DNA from: Octopus vulgaris
Lineage: Eukaryota
Length of the DNA stretch: 64,000 nt
Direction: 5' to 3'
NCBI GenBank assembly: GCA_951406725.2
Contig: OX597815.1
Coordinates: 117,304,001 to 117,368,000 of the forward strand
The position numbers and the translations under genes were made by a program. Below the pieces are notes generated by a model. That model worked only from the letters and a program-made list of their open reading frames with translations. It did no database searches and was not told the DNA's origin. Positions 1-60,340 of the stretch are shown piece after piece; the stretch's first letter is position 1, and the number at the start of each line of letters is the position of its first letter.

Positions 1-497
1 TTTTAATCAACCGAATATGAACCATTTTGTTGCACAATGCATCTCCATCTTTCCTTTAACTTGAAAATACCAACTTCCCAGAATTGAGGTGGTTTCATGG
101 CAAAGAATTCATCAAGGTATCTTTTTATGTTATCCAAGGAATCAAAATTTTTACCATTAAGACAATTCTGCAGAGAGCTGAATAAGTGGAAATCCAAAGG
201 AGCAATATCTGGTGAATATGGAGGGTGGGGTAACACATCCCAACCGAGCTGCAGCAATTTTTGTCTGGTTCCCAAAGCATCAAGTGCTGAAAATGAACTT
301 TATTATCTTCCATTTTAAAAGGTTACAAAATTAACACAGGTTATAGGAACATAAACCTTCTTCCACGAAAAGATAGCTTAAACTGTGCTCTAAATAGAGT
401 TGTAGTCAAATCCTATTTTATGGACTCAACCATGTTCTAAAATAAGTCGAAAGGTAAACTACTACAAATCAGCACAAACTTTCCGGATAACCCAATA
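1..497 (-). mobile_element. Internally deleted mariner (Tc1/mariner) element
   Basis: C-terminal motif WDVLPHPPYSPDIAPLDFHLF; N-terminus MEDNKVHFQHLML at 313; TIR-like end tattgggttatccggaaagtttg (minus) ending in TA near 497. Confidence 0.85.
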
Positions 498-545
498 TAT
501 ATACATATATATAAAGAAGAGAACTCATTCTCATCATTTGGTGTT

Positions 546-576
<31 letters not shown>

Positions 577-892
577 GTAAGATACCTATATCATCATCAT
601 CATTTAATGTCCGTTGTCCATGCTGGCATGGGTTGGATGGTTTGACTGGGGTCTGGTAAGCTAGAAGGCTGCACCAAGCTCCGGTCTGATTTGGCATGGT
701 TTTCTATGGTTGGATGCCCTTCCTAATGCCAACCACTCTGAGAGTGTACTGGGTGCTTTATGTGTCACCAGCATGGGTGCCATTTGCATGACACTGGTAG
801 CTACCACAACTGTGATTTTGCTTGATATATATATGTATATATATATACATATACATATATATATATCTGTAAGTAATTTATTTTATAGAAGG

Positions 893-943
893 AGCTTCTA
901 CAGGACTAGAACTGTTTCATTCAGATGAAATCTTCAGGAAGCT
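893..943 (-). ncRNA. Type I hammerhead ribozyme motif (inverted copy of 7062-7112)
   Basis: Reverse complement reads agcttc CTGAAGA t ttcatctgaa t GAAA cag ttctagtc ctg TA gaagct. Confidence 0.75.
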
Positions 944-1790
944 GGCTGTCAAAATAAGTTCTGGTATTTATGCATTTAGGCAGATTTAATGGAGTCGTGG
1001 TGGGGGACGTTTTTTTGGGTAGGTTGGTATTTAGGAGATAAACGGCACAAGCTATTGTTCTTAGGGGAGTGGTCAAAAGGCCAGAGTGTTTTTTGAAATG
1101 AGAAGAATCAGTGAGAAAATAAATAAATGAATAAATAGAATAAATGAATAGAAACAGATATATGGGATGGGATTTTAGGTAAATTAGAAGACAATTGCTT
1201 TTTGGTGGTCAAGAGGAGGTAGGCAGTTTGTTATTGTTAGGTGGAGGGAATAGATAAATATACATGAAAAAACATATAAAATAAATATACATACAAACAC
1301 ACATAGACTACTCCAGAGAGCGCATTCTTACACGGGAGGCCATACTTGCTGTGACCTTTGCATTTCTGAGAGTTTGGAGATCTTATTCACCAAAGGCCCT
1401 CTCCTCAACAAGATCTCGGAACACTCCCCAAACTGTATGCACAAAATCTATGCAAACTACAAAAATTACAGACCCACCCGGCCACCCGATTGACGATACC
1501 CCCCCCCCCCGCCACCGTTCCTTCATCACCCCCAATTACCTTCCCTCCTAAGACTATATACATATGTATATATATATATACATATGTATATATGCACATA
1601 TATGTATATATGTGCATATATATGTATGTGTGCATATGTATATGTACATATGTATGTGTATGCGTGTATATGTGTATATATGTGCATATGTATGTATACG
1701 CGTGTATATATATGTGTATATATATATATATATACATATGTTTGTATGCGTGTGTATGTATTTATGTATGTATGTGTGTACGCGTGTATA

Positions 1791-1839
<49 letters not shown>

Positions 1840-2096
1840 GTTTGTATGCGTGTGTATGTATTTATGTATGTATGTGTGTACATGTGTATGTATTTATATG
1901 TATGTATATGCATATGTATGTGTTTATGTATATATATATGCATATATGTGTTTTTATATGTGTATGTATATATGCATGTATGTATTTATGTATATATATG
2001 TGTGTGTGTATGTGTATGTATGTGTATATGCATGTATATATTTATGTATGTGTATGTGTATTTACATGTGTATTTGTATATAAATGTACGTGTGTA

Positions 2097-2139
<43 letters not shown>

Positions 2140-2253
2140 GTATTGATGTATATATATATATATATATATGTATAAGGGTGGAAAGGAACACACGAGTTGA
2201 TATATATGAAAAAACAAGTCAAAAATAGAAAATGCTAAGATGATTTTATAGTG

Positions 2254-2306
2254 AATCTTTCAGTACCGGTTTCGGTCATTTTGAGACCTTTTCAACTGTA
2301 ACGATT
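2254..2306 (-). ncRNA. Minimal type I hammerhead motif, U3-A8 core variant (in the sense 3' repeat of the PLE)
   Basis: Exact reverse complement of 5988-6040. Confidence 0.72.
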
Positions 2307-2789
2307 AAATAATTAAATTTTGAAAAATTTAGAAAAATTAGAAGAAAGGTTTTTTAAAGGAATACTTCCATAGTAGTGTTCAGATATATGTGGCATTCTG
2401 CCTTTCTCTGACTCCCTTGTTTGCACTTGTGTATTCGAGGTCGTTGTGAGTTCTTGAGGGGGTGGGAGTGGGAAAATCTGGGCTGGTCAGTGGCGACCGG
2501 CAGTCGCTGCGTAGGCGTTATACTTAAAGACATTAGTGGGGGTAGAAGGTGGAGAAGTAGAAGAAGAAGAAGAAGATGACGGTGCCGATGATGATGACGA
2601 TGAAGAAGGAGAAGGAGAAGATGACGATGATGATGAAGAAGAAGAAGAGGGAGAAGAAGAAAAAAAACAGAGAAGGGAGAATATGAATGGGTGAAGATAT
2701 AGCTGTTTTGGGGCGATTAGTAATGGATTCTATGGAATGTAATATTTGTGTGTGTATATATATTTCTTTTATTCTTAAGTTGAGCTATA

Positions 2790-5107
2790 TTAATTGTTTG
2801 TCGTAGACCCGTTAAGAAGTGGCCTGTATTTTATAATAAAGAGATTTTCTTTACTTATTCGTTGTCTCGAGGTTGTATCGTCCCTAAATTGGTAGAGGGG
2901 GAAAATTCTGAAGTTTGGTGTTTTTTTGTTGGCGCAAGTATCTATGTGTTGGCTAAAAGCTATTTTTCTGTTTTGGGGAATTTTTATCTGGGATCTGTGC
3001 AGGGCCCATTCGTTTACGCAAACCATTTTTTGTTTGGCCTATGTACTGCTCTTGACACCCGGAGCAGGTTAGTGAGTATATTAGGTTCTCCGAAGCACAT
3101 GTGAAGTTGCTTTTCACCTTAAACCGTTGTCCCTGTTTGAAGGAAAACTCAGAACCCTCGATTAGATAGTCGCATATCCCGCAATTGGGTCTTCCACATT
3201 TTTTTACTGTCGGCTTCTGTGTTGAAGAGTGAATTCGGGCTTGTGTTAGAAGACTTTTCATGGATCTAGACTGTCTTTTGCTTTTTATGATCGTGTGTGT
3301 TTGGAGGATTGTGTTCATTCTGTGGTCTTTTTTTAGGAGGGGTATGTTGTGGAGGATGGTGCCGAAGGCTTCGTTATTGAGAGGGTTGTGTGTGGAGATG
3401 TATGGTAAGGCTTTTGGTTGTAAGTTTTTCTTTGATTTGGGATGTCTCAGTTCCTTGATGTTAAGTTGAAGGGCACGTTGAATGCACTTGTCAATAAGTG
3501 AAGGTGGATAGTTCCTGGTGATAAGGGTATCTTTTAGTTCTTGTAGTCGTGTGTCTCTGTTGTTTGCGTTAGAGACTATAGTGCATATCCTTTTTGCTAG
3601 ATTGAAGGGGATATTCATCCTGGTGTGTCTGGGGTGGCATGAATTGAATGGAAGATATTGCTTAGAGTCTGTAGGTTTATAGTATATGTCTGTTTCTATT
3701 ATATTATTAGCTTTCTTAATGAGGATATCGAGGAAGGGAAGTTGTTGCTGGCTATATTCCATCGTGAATTGGATGTTTACGTCCAGCCCGTTTAAAATTT
3801 CCTGGAATTCTATGAGTTTTTCTATATTTTTATGCCAAAGAATGAAACAGTCATCTAGATATCTCTTCCAGTTGTTTTCTATGTAGATGGAGAAAGGGCT
3901 GCCATATCTTTCTAGAACCTTACGATATAGACTGATCTCTAGGTATCCTATGACTAGGTTGGCAAAGGAGGGGGCCATTCGTGTACCCATCGCAGTCCCC
4001 GATTTTTGTCGGTAGAAGTTGTCATTGAAGGCGAAGAAGTTATTTTCCAGGATGAATTTAACCCCTTCTATCACGAATTCTTTTTTGATGCGGTGTGGTA
4101 GTTCGTTGGCGTGATTCTCTAGCCAGAATTGGATTGCCTCTAGTCCTAGGTTGTGGGGGATATTGGAGTAGAGGTTGACTACATCGAAGGATACCAGTAT
4201 GGTGTTTTGGTTTATAGTATTCGGTAGGTGATTGAGCATATCTAAGTCGTCCCTTATATAGCTTTTGACATGTTTGAGGAGTGGTTTTAACAGGGTGTCT
4301 AAAAAGTTACTGAGGCGGTGGGTTTCGCATGCGGGACCTGCTATTATGGGTCTCAATTTGAGGTCATTAGGATTAGGGACTTTAATTATTTTGTCTGTGG
4401 CTATCTTGCATGCGTTGCTTATTTTTTCACTTTTGTGGATCTTAGGTATACCGTAGAATTGGCTAGTTTTACTTGTGAAATTGGTCATATAATCATATTC
4501 TTTGTCGGTGAGCCCTGCTTTGTATGGGTTAAATATGGATTTTAGTTCCCTCATTATTTTTTGTTGACTGTAGTTTTGTGCCTTTTCATAGTATGTTGTG
4601 TCTTCCAGCATAGAAAGAACCAAAGTTATGTAAAAAGTCGTATCCATTAAGACAACAGCACTCCCTTTATCGGCCTCTTTGATTGTTATTGTTTTATCTT
4701 GTTTTAATTTGTTCAACTCAGCCCATTCTTTTTTGCTGAAGTTTGGTTTGTGTTTTTGTTTGTGCATATGTTGATATGGGTAATTAGATATGTGGTCACA
4801 GAAATCAAGTGTTTTGTTCTTACCTTTCGAGGGGGTGTAGTTACTCCTATTTCTGGCTAACGATTCGTCCTCGTTGTATTTATCGTATAGCTCTTCAGTA
4901 AGTCTTAATTTTCTGCAGAATTCTGCGATGTCTTCTTTCATTTCGTTGTAGTTGGGGTGTTGTGGGGTGGGTGTAAACTTGAGTCCATTGGAAAGTATGT
5001 TTATTTGGTTTGCTGTTAGTTCCTTGTGAGTTAGATTGATAATTTTTATTACTTTTGGTTCCTCCTGCTTGTTTGGTGCTATCTTGTGTCTCTGTGTTTG
5101 CGTATTG
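2790..5107 (-). CDS. PLE polyprotein: reverse transcriptase, Cys-rich linker and GIY-YIG endonuclease (one +1 frameshift near 3003)
   Basis: Motifs FYGIPKIHK, LRPII, SFDVVNLYSNIP, GTAMGTRMAPSFANL, RYLDD, PFLDI, YKPTD; CGRPNCGIC linker; NLIYSLTCSGCQEQYIGQT...KENLFI...LN continues in ORF 2790-3026. Confidence 0.92.
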
Positions 5108-5987
5108 GGTGTGTCTGGGGTGGCATGAATTGAATGGAAGATATTGCTTAGAGTCTTCGGAGAACCTAATATACTCACTAACCTGCTCCGGGTGTCAAGA
5201 GCAGTACATAGGCCAAACAAAAAATGGTTTGCGTAAACGAATGGGCCTGCACAGATCCCAGATAAAAATTCCCCAAAACAGAAAAATAGCTTTTAGCCAA
5301 CACATAGATACTTGCGCCAACAAAAAAACACCAAACTTCAGAATTTCCCCCTCTACCAATTTAGGGACGATACAACCTCGAGACAACGAATAAGTAAAGA
5401 AAATCTCTTTATTATAAAATACAGGCCACTTCTTAACGGGTCTACGACAAACAATTAATATAGCTCAACTTAAGAATAAAAGAAATATATATACACACAC
5501 AAATATTACATTCCATAGAATCCATTACTAATCGCCCCAAAACAGCTATATCTTCACCCATTCATATTCTCCCTTCTCTGTTTTTTTTCTTCTTCTCCCT
5601 CTTCTTCTTCTTCTTCATCATCATCGTTATCATCATCATCGTCGTCATCGTCATCACCACCATCGTCATCGTCATCTTCTCCTTCTTCTTCATCGTCATC
5701 ATCATCGGCACCGTCATCTTCTTCTTCTTCTTCTACTTCTCCACCTTCTACCCCCACTAATGTCTTTAAGTATAACGCCTACGCAGCGACTGCCGGTCGC
5801 CACTGACCAGCCCAGATTTTCCCACTCCCACCCCCTCAAGAACTCACAACGACCTCGAATACACAAGTGCAAACAAGGGAGTCAGAGAAAGGCAGAATGC
5901 CACATATATCTGAACACTACTATGGAAGTATTCCTTTAAAAAAACCTTTCTTCTAATTTTTCTAAATTTTTCAAAATTTAATTATTT

Positions 5988-6040
5988 AATCGTTACAGTT
6001 GAAAAGGTCTCAAAATGACCGAAACCGGTACTGAAAGATT
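5988..6040 (+). ncRNA. Minimal type I hammerhead motif, U3-A8 core variant
   Basis: aatc g tt a cag TTGAAAA ggtc tcaaaat gacc GAAA ccgg TA ctg a aa gatt; palindromic ACCGGT helix III. Confidence 0.72.
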
Positions 6041-7061
6041 CACTATAAAATCATCTTAGCATTTTCTATTTTTGACTTGTTTTTTTCATATATATATATA
6101 TATATATATATATGGACATGTAGATTTATGTATGGGTATATATATATATATGTGTATATGTGTAGATGTGTATATGTATGTATGTATATGCATGTGTGTA
6201 TTTATATATGCATATATGTATTTATATGCGTATATATACTTATATATGCGTATATATATTTATATACACATGTTTTTATACGTGCATATGTGTTTATGTA
6301 TGCGTGTATATATTTATGTGTGTGTTTGTATGTACATATGTATATTTATGTATGTGTTTATATATGCATAATTATGTATATGTTTATATGTACGTGCGTA
6401 TATTTATGTATGTATACTTATGTGTATTTGTATGCGTTAAAGACTTGTTTTATTTATATTTCCTGAGCGCCATACTAATACAATTGTTTGTTTGTTTTCC
6501 ACCTGCCTTCGTCTTTTGTCTATTTTCATAAAGCTTCCCGTTATATATATATATATGTGCGTGTGTGTGTGTGTGTGTGTGTGTATGTAGGTGTATGTAT
6601 GTATATGTATATATATATGTGTGTATGTATATATATATGTATGTATGTATGTATGTATATGTGTATGTATGTATACATTTTGTATATTCGCATGTGTATG
6701 TATGTGTGTTTGTATGTATATTTATTTTATATGTTTTTTCATGTATATTTATCTATTCCCTCCACCTAACAATAACAAACTGCCTACCTCCTCTTGACCA
6801 TCAAAAAGCAATTGTCTTCTAATTTACCTAAAATCCCATCCCATATATCTGTTTCTATTCATTTATTCTATTTATTCATTTATTTATTTTCTCACTGATT
6901 CTTCTCATTTCAAAAAACACTCTGGCCTTTTGACCACTCCCCTAAGAACAATAGCTTGTGCTGTTTATCTCCTAAATACCAACCTACCCAAAAAACGTCC
7001 CCCACCACGACTCCATTAAATCTGCCTAAATGCATAAATACCAGAACTTATTTTGACAGCC

Positions 7062-7112
7062 AGCTTCCTGAAGATTTCATCTGAATGAAACAGTTCTAGT
7101 CCTGTAGAAGCT
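7062..7112 (+). ncRNA. Type I hammerhead ribozyme motif
   Basis: Stem I agcttc/gaagct; core CUGAAGA 7068-7074; short stem II ttc/gaa; GAAA 7087-7090; stem III cag/ctg; GUA cleavage triplet 7104-7106. Confidence 0.75.
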
Positions 7113-7780
7113 CCTTCTATGAAATAAATTACTTTACTCTGCTATGTATTGAATACCTTATTTACTGTGGTTAACCCCGACTCAACCCAGGACCTACATA
7201 TATCTATAAGTATATATATATGTGTGTGTGTGTATATGTATATATATATATATATGAATTACATATAATTGTGTGTTGTTTAGTGTCTACTTCAGACAGA
7301 ATATGTATGGAATTTGTTGAGGCATAGTTCCTATAGCTAGATGCCTTTCCTGTTACCAACCCTTACCTGTTTGCAGGCCAGGTAATATTTCCCCATAGGT
7401 AGATATGTTTTCCATTGAGAACTGGATGATGATGAAACTTGTTTAAAACCATCACATGATGTCAAGACAAGGGTACACACAAACACACACGCACACTCAC
7501 ATATACATGTTTATGCATATATACCATGAACTTCTTTCACTTTCCTTCTACCAAATCTTTTCATTAGGCTTTTGTCACCTTGAAGCTAAAGTAAACGACA
7601 CTTGTCTAAGGTGCCATGCAGTAGGACTGAACCTGAAACTAAATGCTTGGGAAGCAAGTTTCTTAACCACACAGCCTTGCTAGTAAATTTGGAGTTACCT
7701 TTTTGTTCTGTTTAATGTTTCAATTAATAAAACAAAAACAGAAAAACATCTAATTCTATTTCTGTAATTTATATCAACAG

Positions 7781-55854
<48,074 letters not shown>

Positions 55855-58619
55855 TACTCTGGGAATGTTTACAAGTAGTGCTAGAATTATTTCTTTTTAA
55901 AGATCTGTCGAAATCAGAGGAATCTACTGTTTATATTTTGGCCCCTATTAAAAACTTATTCCCTTTTTTTTTTCATCCATATTTTTGCAAAATATTTTAC
56001 TGACAAAGTTTTGATATTATTGCTCACATGGTTTTTCATTGGTTACAGCATAGAGCAATTTGTTAGCAATATTTTTTGGAATTAGATATATTCTTCCATG
56101 AAAACAATCTTATATATCATCATCATTGTCATCATTTTCATTACCACTATCATCATCACTTTATATCTGTTTTCCATGCTGGCATGAGTTGGACAGATTG
56201 ATAGGATCTGATTGATGGGTCAGTGGACCACATCTTTCTCTATCTTAGTTTCAGCATGTTTTCTACAGCTGGATGCCCTAATATCAACCACTTTAAAGTG
56301 TGTACTGGTGCTAATTTTTTCATGGCACCTGCATCATAGAAATTACCTTATCCTCAGCAAAACTAAAGAGTTGTCTTAGTGCAGCATTGTCTCTGCTCGA
56401 CATTGCAGAATGTACTGGGTGTCTTTTTCTTGCGGCACTGGCACTTGTGAGCTCACTTCACCAGACTAAAGAGCCACTACGTCTGAAAGGGGGAATAGGA
56501 GTGACAGAGAGAGGGATATTAGTGATGATTTTAGTGAGAGAGGATTAGGAGTTGAGAGAAGCATGATGGAAAGAATGGATTTGTGAGAGGGCTGTAGTGG
56601 AGAGAGTAAACAAAGGAAACAGCATCAGAAAAGGGTGATGTGAAGGATTAGTGGAAAAGGGTGTGAGGGTGAGTCACACATAGAGTGGTGAGGATGATGG
56701 GGTCTGTTGAGTTGGTGGTGGGGTATACAGTGCTATCCCACATTATAAAGTGAGTGGGGTAGATGGAGGCTGTGGAAAAGGAAAGGGACATAAAAATAAG
56801 GGTGATGAAGAATAGGGAAACTGTGGAGAGAGTGTCAGCAAATGAAAAAGGAATAGAAATGTTGTTGAGTTGAGCCAGAGAGAGGGAAATGTGTTGGTGT
56901 TGAGGTAATGGGGAAGCTGTGGGCAAAGGGTCTGAGTGAGAAAGAAAAGTAGTGAGAGTAGTGAGGGAGAAGCAGAAAGAGAGCAGAGAATGGATGCAGT
57001 GAGAGCATCCCAGCTGCCATCATTACTTGCTTTAGAGTTCTCACCACCATGCTTGCACAAAAGTGCAGGTTTTCTCTAGTACTGCCTATTGCCAGTTTTT
57101 ACAATTCCTAGTCAATCTTTGAGATTATCCATCTGTACCACATGCCTATACAAACACCATTTTCTCTTTTGCATACTTCATCAAATTCCTCCTATACATA
57201 ACTTTTCTCTCAGGTTCTTTGTACTCATCATTCATGCACACTAATATTACACATCCAGAGAAGCTTGCTTGCTTCCTTTCTTTCTAGTCTTGTCAAATTC
57301 TCTGCATTGAAGGCCCCTGTCTCACTGCCATACAACATCATACTTTCCACATAAATATCATACAATTTGCTCCTCACTTTAAGGGAGAGGCTCTTTGTTG
57401 CTTGCAGAGGTAGTTAGTTGCTAATTTTCTTCATAAATTGACTAACATGAAACCAGTTTTTATTGCTCTACTGTTAGATTTGATCTTAAGAATCTCAAGT
57501 CTTTTTACTATATTCCTAACAACATTATATTTCCTAAGTTAAAAGGCTAATGTTTTGTTCAGCAGCCAAGAGAAATCATTGTTATAAATATGAATAAGAA
57601 CCTATAATAAGGAAACAAAACCATAAGGTTCTGTTCTATTTCATAGCTTTAGCTATAATGTTAATATCTTCTGAGTAGCTGAGCTCAACAGCAGTTTGTG
57701 ACTGTTGTTTCCTGTCTATGAGGAATAATATCAAGTATTTTGTATTGTCTTGAATTAATATTTTTTTTCTTTGATATCTGATAATATTATGCATTTTTCA
57801 AAGGGTACATTCCCTGCTTATTAAAACCTTGGTATTTTTTATCAGATCAAATTTTTTCTACAATTAATATTGTATATCATTTTTGCTCAAAAGCCTCCAT
57901 AACAAGATTACATTTCATGAACATTTTTGTTTAACTGCTGATCATTTAGATAGTATCTTGTTTACTCATGTGGTTCAACCTGAAATTGTTTATTTTTTAT
58001 CATATCCCTGTATCACCATGGCTCCCTATTTTATTTGCTATATGATAATCATCATCTGTTCTGGGATAACAATGGTATATACTAATATATATATTAAAGG
58101 CTCTGTATGTGTGTATGTGTGTGTGTGTATTTATATATATCTTCATTGTTGATTAATGCCCACTATCCTATGCTTGCATGGGTCAAACCGAATTCTTTAC
58201 ATGTTTTCAACTAAGGTAATATTTTCCCTTGGTCAGACATGTTTTCACAGAAGATTGGAAGCAAATGATACTGCTGATGCTCAATTACAGCAATAACATG
58301 GTGTCAAGACAAGGAAACACACACACACACACACACTCACTCACTCTTTTTTCTCTCTCACATGTATTAGTGGATTCTTTCAATTTCTGTCTAGCAAATC
58401 AATTGGTTAGCCTGGGGTTATGATAGAAGACATTGGCCATGCAGAGGCAATTGTCTTCTATTATAGCCACAAAGGACTGGAACTCAAAACCACGAGATTG
58501 GGAAACAAACTTCTTAACCATACAGCCACGTCTGCTTCCAGCAATTTATATCATGTGTTTGTATTTATGCATATATTTTACTCCAATAGGGTATAATACT
58601 TTTGTCCATTGCTGTGAAG

Positions 58620-59900
58620 GTGCTGGCCAGAATGGTCCTGTTGATATTAGAAATTATTACACAGTGCAGCTTCTTCATTACAGGACATTTTCTGGAGAAA
58701 TGCAAGGAGCAGTATTGTGATCTGTTCCATTGCTTTTGTGGATCTGTCAAGAGCTTTTGATATTTCAAATGAAGAACTTTTGAGAGATGTTCCCAGAAAA
58801 TTTGGTTGTCCATCCAAATTCATAAATTTCCTCTGCCGTGGCACGTCGTGCCGGTGGCACATGAAAAGCACCATCCATTCGTGGCCGTTGCCAGCCTCAC
58901 CTGGCCCCTGTACCGGTTGCATGTAAAAAGCACCATCCGATCGTGGCTGTTTGCCAGACTCGTCTGGCACATAAAAAGCACCCACTACACTCACGGAGTG
59001 GTTGGCGTTAGGAAGGGCATCCAGCTGTAGAAACATTGCCAGATCAGACTGGGCCTGGTGCAGCCTTCTGGCTTCCCAGACCCCAGTTGAACCGCCCAAC
59101 CCATGCTACCATGGAAAGCGGACGCTAAACGATGATGATGATGATTTTCACCTAGAAATGTTAGTTTAAATTGTTTGAAAGTAAAATTCTGAGTTCTTCA
59201 GTGTAAAAATGGGGGTTAGTCTAGCTCCCATACTGTTTAATAACTTCCTCAGCTGTGTGACATTACTGTTACACAGAAGAAAAGAGAGAGAGGCAGGAAT
59301 CATTATTACATCCCAACTTATTGGGAACCTTTTTCAACATCAAAAAGCTACAGGCTTATATCTAAAATCCTCATTAAACGACTGTATTCTGTTGGATATG
59401 CACACACTTTGAAATCCCGACAAACAGCATCTCAGTAGCAATTACAGTTTATAAAAGAATAAAACTGATAGTTAATGTCCACCCCACCCTCCTTTCCTCA
59501 CTCTTTCTTTCATTACAACAGCATCTAGCCACACCTTCACAATTTAGATACTTAAGCAGCACCATTTCCAGTGGCTGCACACTGAAAAAGGAGATTTGAA
59601 ATTGCCATAAGATAGGCCTCTGTATCTCTTTGAAAATTCAGATTCTTTTTAAACAATCATCCCAGCCTTTATAAAAAGGGCTCTCAGTCTGAGCTAGGTG
59701 TGAGACATGGACAATATACAGTCAGTATGTTAAGACCTTGGAGGCTTTTGTCTTCTGAAGACCCTTTCAGATAACTGGACAAGATAGAATTACATGCAGA
59801 AACCCCCTCATTAAATAATCACAAGTAATAGTAAATTTGCATTGTACAGATATCGACTGAAATGGCTCAGACATGTTGTGTGCATGTGTGACCCACATTC
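58620..59900 (+). mobile_element. Old degraded RTE/BovB-like LINE split by a younger RTE tail insertion (58832-59145)
   Basis: IAFVDLSRAFD...KFGCPSKFI, then GVSLAPILFN and FRYL-like remnants. Confidence 0.65.
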
Positions 59901-60303
59901 TCTTAGTAAGATCTTTACATCCACTTACATCCTGGTGTGAACACTTGACTGGAGTTCAAAGAACCACTTTGAAGAGAAGTATTATTAACTCTTTAAGAGT
60001 GGAAGGTATCAATCACTATCTGTCATACAGTTTGATGGTGTCACTGTAGAAGTTATGAAGATGAAACGCATTCATCACTAAAGTGAGAAGAACTTGTATG
60101 CAAAGTGACACCTGGCTTCCTCTTGTCAAATATTTACATGTACTTACTGTGACCAATGTCGCAGATTATGGATTGAAATGTCTTCAGAAGATTCAGTAGT
60201 GAAGAAGATGACCATCATCAGATTTGATGGAAATCCATAAGCAAGCAAAGTATGCATACACACACACACACTCTCTGTCTGCCTGCCTTTCTGCCCCTGT
60301 TTA

Positions 60304-60340
<37 letters not shown>

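Larger units (their letters stand above)
2172..6095 (-). mobile_element. Penelope-like retroelement (Neptune-type), 5'-truncated, with an inverted copy of its 3' end (arms about 2200-3095 / 5155-6095)
   Basis: RT plus GIY-YIG ORF, about 900-bp inverted arms, HHR in the terminal repeat, inserted in a TA-rich microsatellite. Confidence 0.92.
871..7200 (+). mobile_element. Outer, largely non-coding Penelope-like element with inverted pseudo-LTRs (871-1305 / 6701-7134, plus a 3' tail to about 7200)
   Basis: About 435-bp near-identical inverted repeat containing an HHR motif; weak RT-like remnant ([10 protein letters not shown]) near 1460-1495. Confidence 0.65.

Noticed and set aside
1405-2228. 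Long ORFs rich in Y/I/C/V/M/H/T (also 6072-6822, 35002-35244, 61492-61716)
   Set aside because: Translations of (TA)/(TG) microsatellites that lack stops by composition
5108-5220. N-terminus of the 755-aa ORF
   Set aside because: It comes from the antisense inverted arm and the templated insert, so it is not a real protein start
5554-5757. Acidic poly-D/E ORF (also poly-K/E/S ORFs at 26859-27297 and poly-Y/T ORFs at 11970-12346 and 52358-52625)
   Set aside because: Triplet microsatellites without splice or codon support
6434-6545. Possible 3' remnant of another HHR-bearing terminus (cgttaaagact...)
   Set aside because: The catalytic core is absent, so it cannot be supported from this copy
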